A stretch of DNA of 64,000 bases from the human T2T-CHM13v2.0 reference genome, Homo sapiens, in assembly GCA_009914755.4 (NCBI GenBank), contig CP068257.2, positions 42,720,001 to 42,784,000 on the forward strand, read 5' to 3'. The notes beneath the pieces were generated by a model. That model did no database searches and was not told the DNA's origin. It was given only the letters and a program-made list of their open reading frames with translations. Position numbers and translations under genes: made by a program. Below, piece after piece: positions 1 through 13,005 of this stretch (positions are counted from its first letter, which is position 1; the number at the start of each line of letters is the position of its first letter).

Positions 1-439
1 CACCATGCAGGCCACAGCCCTGCTCCTCCCAGGGAGACCAGCACCTCCAGATGCCTGGTGGACCCGGTGGGACCCACGTTCTGATGGTGACAGGCACTGT
101 GCTTGTGGGTTAACTGGACCTTCTTTAGTGACAATGCCACCACATGGTTGTTTTGAGGGCACCTAATGGCATTTCTGGATTTCACCCATCACCTTTGTGT
201 CTCTGCTAGGCCAATCCCGGCGGAGATTGCAGACCCCGCTGGGTCTCTTCAGACACAGCCCGCCTAGCGGAACAGGGAAAGTCCGCTGTGTACTTGGGAG
301 GGTCTCCTGGAGGACGGGGGGCCAGAGTGACGACAGAACCTGGGAGAGCCGTGTTCAGACGGGAGGCCGAGGAAGCTGGGCCCACTGAGTCCCCAGGACG
401 GGCCAGGGCACAGGGGCCACAGAGCAGAGGGGATAGGGC

Positions 440-493
440 AGAGGGGACAGGAGAGGGGACAGGAGAGGGGACAGGAGAGGGGACAGGAGAGGG
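440..493. repeat. (GGGGACAGGAGA)n 12-bp tandem repeat x~4.5
   Basis: gaggggacaggagaggggacaggagaggggacaggagagggg. Confidence 0.9.
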
Positions 494-924
494 GGCAGTG
501 CTGGGTGCACAAGGACAGAAGGGCAGAGACCCCGGTGCAGGAGCTGATTAGACCCGGGGGAGGCAGGGCCCAGGCGCTACGGCGGGAATTGGAGTCTGTG
601 CTGGCGCATGTTTGGGAGGCGCTCCCAAAATCGAGAGGAAGAGGAAAAAGTGGGTGCCGTGGGGGCACGAGGGCTGGGGGAGGTTTGCTGAGGGCGATCC
701 TGGTCCCCAAAGGATGGCCTGATGCTCCTGGCTTGGGCCTCTCTGCCTCCCTCTTCTCTCGTGATCTGTGCCCTGCCCACATGGGGACCCCTTTTCTGGG
801 TCTGAGCCGGAAAGGTGTGCGGTGTCTGCCGCCCGCTGGGGCCTCTCTGCATGGCCTGTGTGGGTCGGTGCTGTCCCTGACCACTGACACACAGGTTCCC
901 TCCGCCGTTTTCCCTTTCCCGCAG

Positions 925-1105
925 TACGTCCGAGTCTCCCAGGACACGCCCTCCAGCGTGATCTACCACCTCATGACCCAGCACTGGGGGCTGGACGTCC
1001 CCAATCTCTTGATCTCGGTGACCGGGGGGGCCAAGAACTTCAACATGAAGCCGCGGCTGAAGAGCATTTTCCGCAGAGGCCTGGTCAAGGTGGCTCAGAC
1101 CACAG
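925..1105 (+). CDS. TRPM2: TRPM2 coding exon (approx. exon 4; aa ~142-202)
   Basis: In ORF-track frame 505..1362 this translates YVRVSQDTPSSVIYHLMTQHWGLDVPNLLISVTGGAKNFNMKPRLKSIFRRGLVKVAQTTG, identical to the human TRPM2 MHR region. Acceptor ccgcag|TAC, donor ACAG|gtaac. Starts phase 0, ends with 1 nt of the next codon. Confidence 0.9.
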
Positions 1106-1360
1106 GTAACTCGGAGGCTGGAGGGACACGAGGCCCCGGCGGGTGGGGTGGGCTGTGGAGGCAGTGCTGGGGCAATCAGGGCCATCAGGACCCAAAAAGT
1201 CCCTGGGAGCCGCCGAGGCTGTGCCCCAGCCTGAGTCGGACCCATGCACCTCTCACCTGGGCACAGCTGCTCCCTGACGCCCGATGCTCCCACTGGCTTG
1301 CCTGTGGGCTGGAGATGGCTCAGTGCATGGCCCTGCTGGTGCCCAGGGCCAAGCAGAGAT

Positions 1361-1483
1361 GAGAACCTTGGTGGCCTGGGAACCTTGGTGGCCTGAGAAC
1401 CTTGGTGGCCTGGGAACCTCGGTGGCCTGAGAACCTTGGTGGCCTGGGAATCTTGGTGGCCTGAGAACCTCGGTGGCCTGGGT
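1361..1483. repeat. 18-bp tandem repeat x7
   Basis: gagaaccttggtggcctgg / gaaccttggtggcctgagaacc... copies, ~250 bp downstream of exon 4. Confidence 0.9.
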
Positions 1484-2299
1484 GCACGGCTGGGGCCAGC
1501 ACTGCAGGCCATTTGTAGGGGGTCAGCGAGAGTTCCCGGTCATCAAGCTTTCCATTATCGTGTTTTTCCATCAAAATCAGGGAAGGAGCATTATTATTTC
1601 CATCTCTTCACTTAAGGCAACTGCCTGGTTGGAGTCAAATCACCTCCCAAGGTTGCACCACTGGTGAGAGCCAGGCAGGGACCCAGTCCTGGTGGATGGT
1701 GTGAGATCCCAGGTGCCGTGACCTGGTGCCCCGCCCCACCCTAATTCCATGGGGAGGGGGCCCCAAGTCCTCAAGGCTCCCTGGGCCTCCCTGGAGGGGA
1801 CTGTGGATGAATAGTGAGGCCCTGAGGTGACTACTTGGCAATGTTGCGTCCGGATGGGCCTAGAGTCACCCTGCTCTTCCTGGGGTCTGGGGTCTGGTCT
1901 TTGCCTCGCAGTGGAGTCGTAACTGAGCCTGACTTGGCCTGCATGGCTCACAGAGTCCTCAGTTTCATTGTCTGCCTGGTGAGCGTGAGGCACGGCTGCA
2001 TCTTTTGACCTGTGAGTCCCACAGCCCTGCTTGTAAAATGACCAGACCTTTTCTCAGCCTGGTCACATGGGACTGGGTTTAACGCAGGTCACCATCCCAC
2101 AGGCTCTTTCTGAAGCTTTGCTGCCTCAAATAATGCCATGGATTTGTTCAGGTCTCACCTGCTCCAGGTCTTGATGTTGCATTTTTTTAGCTTTCAATAT
2201 CCGTGTCCTTGTTGTCCGCTTCCTGGCCCAAAGCCAGTACCACCTTTTCAATTGTTATCTTTCTATCTATCTATCTCCATCCTTCCATCCATCCATCTA

Positions 2300-2903
<604 letters not shown>

Positions 2904-3348
2904 GAGGTGTGTTTCTTACAGGGGTGGCTGCAAACCACCAGCAGCAGATGGCAGGTGGGAGGTGAGGGGCATCCTTCCTAGGGACCAGGCTGAGTGTTGG
3001 GAGCGAGGAAGCACTCTGCCGCACCTGGGTCCTGAAAGCTGGGAGGAAGAGGGAAAGCAAAATACAAGAATGCAGAGAGGTGCTGAGAACCGCGATCCTG
3101 AGACTGGGGCCTGAGGAGGCGGCAGGGACCGGGAGAGGGGCGGGGCCTGCTCCTGTTCCCACCCCACCTGAGCGCGTGGGAACCTCGGTTCCTTACACCT
3201 GATGCTGGTTTGAAAGCCCCTGAGTGAGGAGCTCTGCGTTGTTGGGGGCGGGGCATCGCTGAGCCTAGAAGGGCTCAGGCGTCAGGCTCCTGGGTGTCAG
3301 GGTGCCCCTCAGTGCTGTGGGGCCTGCCCACCCGTGCTCCTTCCCCAG

Positions 3349-3515
3349 GGGCCTGGATCATCACAGGGGGGTCCCACACCGGCGTCATGAAGCAGGTAGG
3401 CGAGGCGGTGCGGGACTTCAGCCTGAGCAGCAGCTACAAGGAAGGCGAGCTCATCACCATCGGAGTCGCCACCTGGGGCACTGTCCACCGCCGCGAGGGC
3501 CTGATCCATCCCACG
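3349..3515 (+). CDS. TRPM2: TRPM2 coding exon (approx. exon 5; aa ~202-257; contains Met215)
   Basis: ORF-track frame 3294..3533 gives GAWIITGGSHTGVMKQVGEAVRDFSLSSSYKEGELITIGVATWGTVHRREGLIHPT. Acceptor ttccccag|GG, donor ACG|gtgagt. ATG at 3387-3389 is Met215, the reported start codon of the short SSF-TRPM2 isoform. Confidence 0.9.
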
Positions 3516-3552
3516 GTGAGTGCGGCCCCCTAGGGAGGGGAGCCTAAGACCA

Positions 3553-3855
3553 GGGGTGTGGGTGAGGTCTGACTGGGCGCTGTGGGGAGCAGGTGGAGTG
3601 TACGGGGGCCGGGGTGTGGGTGACGTCTGACCGGGCGCTGCGGGGAGCAGGTGGAGTGTGCGGGGGAGGCGGGGTGTGGGTGACGTCTGACCGGGTGCTG
3701 CGGGGAGCAGGTGGAGTGTGCGGGGGAGGCGGGGTGTGGGTGACGTCTGACCGGGTGCTGCGGGGAGCAGGTGGAGTGTGCGGGGGAGGCGGGGTGTGGG
3801 TGACGTCTGACCGGGTGCTGTGAGGAGCAGGTGGAGTGTGCGGGGGAGGCGGGCA
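3553..3855. repeat. 60-bp G-rich minisatellite x5
   Basis: Unit ggtggagtgtgcgggggaggcggggtgtgggtgacgtctgaccgggtgctgcggggagcag. The array starts ~40 bp after the exon 5 donor. Confidence 0.9.
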
Positions 3856-5019
3856 CACTCAGGAGATTGGGTGCAACTCCCGGCCCACCCCTGACCCAGG
3901 TGACCCCGGACAAACGGCTAACTTGGCTGGACTCTGGTATCTCCCTCAAGGTTGTAAGAGGGGTCCACGTGACAGTCACTCGCTGCGAGGGTTCCGCTAA
4001 CAGAGCAGAGGGAGGGGGCGTGGCCAGCAGGCAGCTGGGTGGGGCTGAGCCAGGGCGATCCGACCCCGAACCGGAGCTTTTAGCACTTTGAGTCCCTGTA
4101 CTCAGAGGTCTCCTGCAGCCGGGAATCCCACTGTGCTGTGGTCCCTGGCAGCCAGCACCCACCCCCAGCTTCTCTGTCAAGGTTGAGGACGGAGCACTCC
4201 TGCCTCTGATTAACTGGACGCAGGAGAAGCAGTTGCTTTAATCCGGAGCCTTGAGTTGGGACAGATAATGAGTCATTCAACCAGATTTTCCAAGGACACA
4301 CTAACTTTGGTATGATGCGTGTGTGCCCCTGAATCCACGTGGTCAGGAAAGCCCAGGGAACACTGGCCTGTGACTCACTGAGCAGGTTCCCTTGTTACCC
4401 CGAGGGGTGATTTACTCCTCTGACAGTGACACGGACACTGTGCGTCCATTCCCCGGGCGGGCAGAGGACACTCCCAGATGCCCACGAGGGGCCCAGCAAG
4501 CACTGGCCAGCCCCAGCCCGGCCTTCGCCTTCCTTTGCGTCAGAATCATGAATGTGTCCGGCGGGGTCGGACTGGACCAGCTGTTGGGCTTTGTTTGCTC
4601 TTTTTACGAATTGAAAAACTGAAGCCAGGAGCGGCTGGGTGACGTCCCAGGTCACTCCTTACTTTCCTCCCCACGCTGAGTTCAGACGACTTCCCGTGAC
4701 ACCACTGTTGGTGGCGGAATGGGACTGTGGCTGCTTCCGCTCAGCCACGCTCCCTCTCTGTGGACGGCGGAGGGTGTGTGTCCCAGCCCGGCTGCCGCCC
4801 TCCCTTAGGTCTGTCTCCCGGGGCTGCTGTAACCCAGGCTCACAAACCTGGTGGCTTAAAGCAGCAGAAACTTAGTCTATCAGATCTGGAATCCGCGTCG
4901 ATTGGCCATCATCCAGCCATCGGTGTTGGCGGGGCCACCTCCCTCTAGGGCCTAGGGGAAGAGCATTCCTTGCTGCCTCCAGCGTCTGGGTGCTGATGGT
5001 ATTCCCTGGCCAGTGGCCA

Positions 5020-5412
5020 CCTCCCTCCAGTCGCTGCCTCCGTGTCCCATGGCCGCCTCCCTCCAGTCTCTGCCTCCGTGTCCCGTGGCCGCCTCCCTCC
5101 AGTGTCTGCCTCCGTGTCCCGTGGCCGCCTCCCTCCAGTGTCTGCCTCCGTGTCCCGTGGCCGCCTCCCTCCAGTGTCTGCCTCCGTGTCCCGTGGCCGC
5201 CTCCCTCCAGTCTCTGCCTCCGTGTCCCGTGGCCGCCTCCCTCCAGTCTCTGCCTCCGTGTCCCGTGGCCGCCTCCCTCCAGTCTCTGCCTCCGTGTCCC
5301 GTGGCCGCCTCCCTCCAGTCTCTGCCTCCGTGTCCCGTGGCCGCCTCCCTCCAGTCTCTGCCTCCGTGTCCCGTGGCCGCCTCCCTCCAGTCTCTGCCTC
5401 CGTGTCCCGTGG
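5020..5412. repeat. 36-bp minisatellite x~11
   Basis: Unit ccgcctccctccagtctctgcctccgtgtcccgtgg, with c/t variants. Confidence 0.9.
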
Positions 5413-5706
5413 CCTTCTCTGTGTGCCTGTGTCAAATCTCCCCCAAGAGTTCCGTAAGAACACTCGTGATGGCGTGTAGGTCCCACTAGGGTCATCTAGG
5501 GTGATGCCTTCATATCCAGATCTTTAACTGACATCTGCAAAGATGCTTTTCCAAACAAGGAAATGAGGAGCAGCACTTACCGGGTCCATGAGCAGGCCTT
5601 GATGTCTTTGGGTGGCCATGATTCAGCCAACTGCGGTCCTCCCTCTGACCTCAAAGATTTCTGTCCACTCCACAGGCAAAATATGTTCACACCATTGCCA
5701 GATCTT

Positions 5707-6004
<298 letters not shown>

Positions 6005-6077
6005 TGATCCCCTCCAACTACAAACCTGTTACAGCAGAAACTCCAAGATCAAAATCTCATGTAAATATCATAAGCTT

Positions 6078-6377
6078 GGCCGAGTGCGGTGGCTCACACC
6101 TGTCATCCCAACACTTTGGGAGGCCAAGGCAGGCATATCACCTGAGGTCAGGAGCTTGAGACCAGCCTGGTCAACATGGAGAAACCCCGTCTCTACAAAA
6201 AATTAGCCGGGCATGGTGGTAGGCGACTGTAATCCCAGCTACTGGGAGGCCGAGGCAGGAGAATCGCTTGAACCTGGGAGGCGGAGGTTGCAGCGAGCCA
6301 AGGTTGTGCCACTGCACTCCAGCCCAGGTGACAGAGCGAGACACCGTCTCAAGCAAAACAAAACAAACAAACAAAAA
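6078..6377 (+). mobile_element. Alu SINE
   Basis: ggccgagtgcggtggctcacacctgtcatcccaacactttgggaggccaagg..., with a (CAAAA)n tail. Confidence 0.85.
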
Positions 6378-6930
6378 TATCATCAGCTCAAAAGTCCCAA
6401 ATGTCATCATTTAAGTCAGGGACGCTGAAGACTCTGGGTCTGATCCATTCTGGGGCAGAATTTCTCTTCATATGTGCACCTGTGAGACCAGAAAACAAGT
6501 CACCTATCTCCAAAATACAAGGGAAGAGCAGGTGTAGCATCACAGCTGCAGACACTCTCATTCCCAATGGGGGAACACGGGAGGAACGAAGGCATCACCA
6601 GCCCCAGGCAATTCCAAAACCCGGCAGGCAGAATGCACTAGGTGATAAGACCGGGGAGACCCCTCTGTGGCTTGGGCACCCCCTACCCTGCTCTGTGTCC
6701 ACGGCCCTGCCTTCAGGACGATCCTTTTCCCTGAAGGTTATAGCTTTTAGTCTGCTTGAAGATTTTAAGGAGTCTGACGACCTTTCATTTTATCCCGTCT
6801 CTGTCCCTTTCAGTCCAAATTTGCAGTGTTGTTGTTGATATAACATTTGTGAAAACCTTGCAGTCCTCCTTTGAATGCCATAGGAATTTCTGCCAGTAGA
6901 CAAAAAGGGCTCTGCAGACCTTTCCTGTGA

Positions 6931-7342
<412 letters not shown>

Positions 7343-7397
7343 GTTGGCCTTCTCTTTAGAGTCTGCTTTTCGAACAGTGAATCTCTTTTCATTTTCT

Positions 7398-7451
7398 GCA
7401 TTATATGCGACCTGCATTATATGCGACCTGCATTATATGCGACCCGGATAG
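7398..7451. repeat. 18-bp tandem repeat x3
   Basis: tgcattatatgcgacc x3. Confidence 0.85.
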
Positions 7452-7605
7452 GCTGAGAATTTCCCACATCATCAAGTCCTGGTTCCATTTTGTCTGTCAG
7501 TTTTTCCCTCAATTTCTCTCTTTCCTTTTGCATTTTGTGAGAAGCAGCAAGAAAAAAAAGCCAGGCCACAACTTGAACACTTTGCTTGGAGATCTCTGCG
7601 GCTAA

Positions 7606-8673
<1,068 letters not shown>

Positions 8674-8737
8674 CTCTAGGGCAACAAAGCCCTCTCTGCC
8701 CTGCTCCTCACTTCCTTCTGAGCCCTTACTGCGAGTT

Positions 8738-9014
8738 GTTTTTTTTCTGAGACAGGGTCTCACTGTTGCCCAGGCTGGAGTATGTTGGTGCCATCCTCAG
8801 CCTTGACCTCCCGGGCTCAAGTGATCTTCCCATCTCAGCCTCCCAAGTAGCTGGGACTACAGGTGTGCACCACCATGCCCGGCTAATTTTTTCATTTTTG
8901 TAGACATGAGATCCGCTATGTCGTCCAGGCTGGTCTCGAACTCCAGGGCTCAGGTGATCCTCCCGCCTTGGCCTCCCAAAGTGCTGGGATTCCAGGCGTG
9001 AGCCACCGCGCCCG
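8738..9014 (-). mobile_element. Alu SINE
   Basis: Antisense Alu, ending gctgggattccaggcgtgagccaccgcgcccg. Confidence 0.85.
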
Positions 9015-9640
9015 TCTCCGCAAGGCCTTTAATACCACATTCCCACCAACATTCTCTTCAAGGACGTTGAGATGTTTTCCATTCATGGTGCTTCTAAATC
9101 CTCCCGTCGTCTCCCCATTGCCGGTTTCAATGCCACTTCCACATTTTTAGGTGTTTGTTGCAGCAGCAGCCCACTTCCTCACCCCAGACCTGTATCCGTT
9201 TCCTGTGGCTGCCGTAACAAATGGCCTCAAGCCTGAAACAGCAGCATTGTGGTCTCTCACGTGTCTGGAGGACAGAACTCTGAAGTCAGGGTCACACGTC
9301 TGTTTCCCCGCCTCCTCCACTCCTGGGGGGTCCGGCTTTCTCCACTTGTGGCTATGTCACTTGCCCCTGCCTCTGTGGTCCCTCGGCCTCCTCTCCTGTG
9401 TGTGTCCCCCACCACCTCTCTCCTGTAAGGACACCTGTGATGGTATTTTGGGCCCACTCGGATCATCCAAGTTAATCTCATGTTTCGATCACATGTGCAA
9501 AGTCGCTTTCTCCAATAAGGCCACGTCCACAGATTCCAGGGACTGGGACCTGGTCTCTGTGAGGGCCGGTGTTCAGCCTGCTCGCGTTAGAGAGGCAGAG
9601 CTTTCCAGAAGCAGTGTCTGACGCTTCCTGGCCATCCCAG

Positions 9641-9821
9641 GGCAGCTTCCCCGCCGAGTACATACTGGATGAGGATGGCCAAGGGAACCTGACCTGCCTA
9701 GACAGCAACCACTCTCACTTCATCCTCGTGGACGACGGGACCCACGGCCAGTACGGGGTGGAGATTCCTCTGAGGACCAGGCTGGAGAAGTTCATATCGG
9801 AGCAGACCAAGGAAAGAGGAG
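9641..9821 (+). CDS. TRPM2: TRPM2 coding exon (approx. exon 6; aa ~258-318)
   Basis: ORF-track frame 9569..9847 gives [61 protein letters not shown]. Acceptor catcccag|GGC, donor GGAG|gtaggg. Ends phase 1. Confidence 0.9.
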
Positions 9822-9845
9822 GTAGGGGAGCTTGCTTTCGAGGGT

Positions 9846-10066
9846 GATTGGGCAGAGAGCACAGTGGGCTGGTCAGAGTGTCAGGTACAGCTGGTCACGA
9901 CCAGGACGTTCAACAGGCCTGGCGTTTGGCAGAGAGTGCAGTGGGCTGGTCAGAGTGTCAGGTACAGCTGGTCACAGGTCATTCGTGGCACTCGGCAGAG
10001 AGCGCGGTGAGCTGGTCAGACTGTCAGGTACAGCTGGTCACAACCAGGATGTTCATGGTACTCGGA
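9846..10066. repeat. ~70-bp tandem repeat x3
   Basis: Unit ggcagagag(c/t)(a/g)cagtgggctggtcagagtgtcaggtacagctggtcac... The array starts 25 bp after the exon 6 donor. Confidence 0.85.
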
Positions 10067-10218
10067 ACGTCCTCAGAACACACCTGGGTTTCTTTCCCGT
10101 GTCTCTTTATACTTTGTTCCAGGAGGGTCATCTTCTCTTGCCCATTTTAGCCAGTGGGAGGGCGGTCTGGGGGGCTGGCAGCTCACCTGTGTGCTCGCAG
10201 GTAATGGGCCAACCTACA

Positions 10219-10353
10219 TTTTTTTTGGGACAGGGTCTGGAGCGCAGTGGTGTGATCTCAGCTCACTGTAGCCTCGAACTTCTGGGCTCAAGGGATCCTC
10301 CCATCACCCTCCCAAAGTGCTGGGATTACAAGCTTGAACCACTGTGCCTGGCC
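10219..10353 (-). mobile_element. Alu SINE fragment (internally deleted)
   Basis: gggacagggtctggagcgcagtggtgtgatctcagctcactg...ctcccaaagtgctgggattacaagcttgaaccactgtgcctggcc, only ~135 bp. Confidence 0.7.
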
Positions 10354-10690
10354 CTACAATTATTTTAAACCTTGATCATGGTCTGCTCTCAGGTTCAGAA
10401 ATCAGAATGTACGATAGTCAAAACTTAGGATTTGATACCTTTTTCCTCATAGGTGGGATGGGATGGGTTTGAGGACGTCGGGAGGTCAAGTGCGGGGTTT
10501 TGCATATCACTTGAGGAGGGTTCAAAGAGGAGATGGTGAACGGGAGGTGTCTGACCTGTGGCTGGGTGGGCTGGGGTCCCTTGCAGGGTTCCTTGTGCAT
10601 CGAACTCCCCTGGAGGGTTCCTCACCAGCTTGTGGGCCCCAGCCCCAGGGTCCAACTCAGCAGCTCCAGGTGGGCTGAGAACTTGCATTA

Positions 10691-10913
10691 GGAGCACGTT
10701 CCCTGGTGAGGGCGATGCTGCAGTTCAGGGACCAGGGACCACACTTTGAGAACCCTGCTTGACTAGTAGGAGCACGTTCCCTGGTGAGGACGATGCTGCA
10801 GTTCAGGGACCAGGGACCACACTTTGAGAACCTGCTTGACTAGTAGGAGCACGTTCCCTGGTGAGGGCGATGCTGCAGTTCAGGGACCACACTTTGAGAA
10901 CCTGCTTGACTAG
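10691..10913. repeat. ~74-bp tandem repeat x3
   Basis: Unit ggagcacgttccctggtgagggcgatgctgcagttcagggaccagggaccacactttgagaacc(c)tgcttgactagta. Confidence 0.85.
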
Positions 10914-11420
10914 GACATCTGGGGTGGGATGTGTGGGTGAGTGTGTGAAGACGATGGGCCCATGGGGGGCTCACAGACAGAGTTTGCTGCCTGGGGAAAG
11001 GGGTTGCCAAGTCCTTCTCAGGCTCCACTGCTGTTGGGCTGGATGAAGTTCAGGGTGGGGCTGGGCGGATGGACACAGGATGGACGTGCCGCATGCTGCT
11101 CGCATCCACGCGTGGCAGGTTGTGCCACCTGCTTGGGGCCTCAGCTCTGATTGTCCATAGCCCCTCTCCCTCCCTCCCAAGAAAGCAGGCAGGGGTGGAT
11201 GGGAAGCAAGCGAGCGGGGAAGTGTGGGTGGCGGGGGGCTCTTGAGTCTGCTCATTGATGTGGAACAGGCAGGTCCCCTGGGAATGTGGAGCTTTGACTT
11301 TAAACGGCGACTCAGCACTGGCAAGAGGCCTCCCAGCAGGTGCTTCAGTGTGTGGTTAGGCTGGAGCCAGCAGGGGGCAGGGGAGAGTGCCCTCAGTGCA
11401 GGGTCTTGCCCCCCACCTCT

Positions 11421-11519
11421 GTCCCCTCACTCGGCTCCATGCTTTGTTCAGGTGTGGCCCTCACTCGGCTCCGTGCTTTGTTTAGGTGTGGCCCTCACTC
11501 GGCTGTGTGCTTTTTCTAG
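11421..11519. repeat. 34-bp tandem triplication ending at the exon 7 acceptor
   Basis: ...ttcag|gtgtggccctcactcggctccgtgctttgtttag|gtgtggccctcactcggctgtgtgctttttctag|GTGTGGCCATCAAG. Each copy carries a pyrimidine tract, an AG and the first 8 nt of the exon. Confidence 0.85.
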
Positions 11520-11581
11520 GTGTGGCCATCAAGATCCCCATCGTGTGCGTGGTGCTGGAGGGCGGCCCGGGCACGTTGCAC
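11520..11581 (+). CDS. TRPM2: TRPM2 coding exon (approx. exon 7; aa ~318-338)
   Basis: ORF-track frame 11486..11692 gives (G)VAIKIPIVCVVLEGGPGTLH. Acceptor tttttctag|GTGTGGCC, donor CAC|gtgagt. The first 2 nt complete the Gly codon from the previous exon. Confidence 0.9.
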
Positions 11582-12804
11582 GTGAGTATGGCCAGGTGGG
11601 AGGGGGCATGTGTGGGCCCGTCCTGCTGCAGGCAGATGACTGTCCAAAAGTGCTTGTCTCAGAACTCAAGACTGTTGGCAAGAGGGCGATGAGCTTTCCC
11701 ACCAGAAGAAGAGAAAGAGCATCTACGCTGTGTCGGGGCTGCTTCTGGGTGGGTGGAGGACGGGTCGGAGGAAGGTGCCTGGAGGAGGAGGCTGGGCTTG
11801 GCTATGACTGGGCCATTGACCGGCGTGGAAGGAAAGGGTGGGGCCCCAGGGCCTGGAGTGAGTGGGGAGCCTCTGCTCCCAGGACCTGCTGGGGAGGCTG
11901 GGGGGTTTCTACAACTCTGCCCCCAAGATTCCTCCAGGAAGCATTTTTCAAAGTACAGGGCTGTGGCCCCCATCCCAGATCCGTGGTGCCAGCAGCTGTG
12001 TGACTGCAGATTTGGCAGGCAGCTTGAATGCGCTGCTCTGCCGGCCTTCCTTCCCGACCCTAACCCTAACTGCTTTGTGGCGTGCAGGGTGCGAGGTGAC
12101 CTCACCTGCTGTAGGAATGTACGAGGACATATAGCCTGAGGATCTGGAGCAAGAGTATGGGCTTTTGTGAAGGATGGGATCACAGGCAATGTCCCGTTTA
12201 TGTTTCATGATTGCAGGAGGTCAAAACAGAGCCTTGGGGGCTTGAGGCTGGATGGGAATCCATAGAGCACTGGGTCCTCACTCCCTATGCGTGCCGAGTA
12301 CCCTTCACGGCTCTTCTGCTGGGGCGGCTGCACCCGCCTCCTTACCCCAGGCCGATGCTCATGCACACGGCAGAGTCCTTCCTGCCAGACAGCTTTGTGT
12401 CCAGTCCCTTCCCGAAGTCCAGCACACCCTGGAGCCCAGGTGCCCTCCTCATGGCTCTGCTCTTACTGTGGGCTTTTATGAGGTCGGTAACTCCAGGTCC
12501 ATGCAGCGTCCCCTTTGCTGCGAGGCCCTCACGTCTGCAGGTCCATGGGCAAAAATGCTGGGAGTCTTTGATTCTGCTGGAGCTGAGGCCTGAGAGGTGC
12601 CAGGTGTGCAGCCCCCAGTGTGTTGGGGCAGCTCCCTCTTCCCCCAGAGCAGGGGACGCCACGAAACTAATAAGTGCTTTCAGTGGATCTCGGAGTAGTG
12701 TTAGCCAGCTCTGCCCTTAGCTGGCCTTGGAGAATTCTCCATTTCAGAAAGCATCGGAGCGGTGAGGACCCAGTCCCGGGCTCACACCCCCACCTGCCTT
12801 GCAG

Positions 12805-13005
12805 ACCATCGACAACGCCACCACCAACGGCACCCCCTGTGTGGTTGTGGAGGGCTCGGGCCGCGTGGCCGACGTCATTGCCCAGGTGGCCAACCTGCCT
12901 GTCTCGGACATCACTATCTCCCTGATCCAGCAGAAACTGAGCGTGTTCTTCCAGGAGATGTTTGAGACCTTCACGGAAAGCAGGATTGTCGAGTGGACCA
13001 AAAAG
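12805..13005 (+). CDS. TRPM2: TRPM2 coding exon (approx. exon 8; aa ~339-405)
   Basis: ORF-track frame 12799..13119 gives TIDNATTNGTPCVVVEGSGRVADVIAQVANLPVSDITISLIQQKLSVFFQEMFETFTESRIVEWTKK. Acceptor ccttgcag|ACC, donor AAG|gtgagg. 67 codons, phase 0 at both ends. Confidence 0.9.

Noticed and set aside
12058-12070. Telomere-like CCCTAACCCTAA
   Set aside because: Only two hexamer units. Too short to be an interstitial telomeric repeat of interest.
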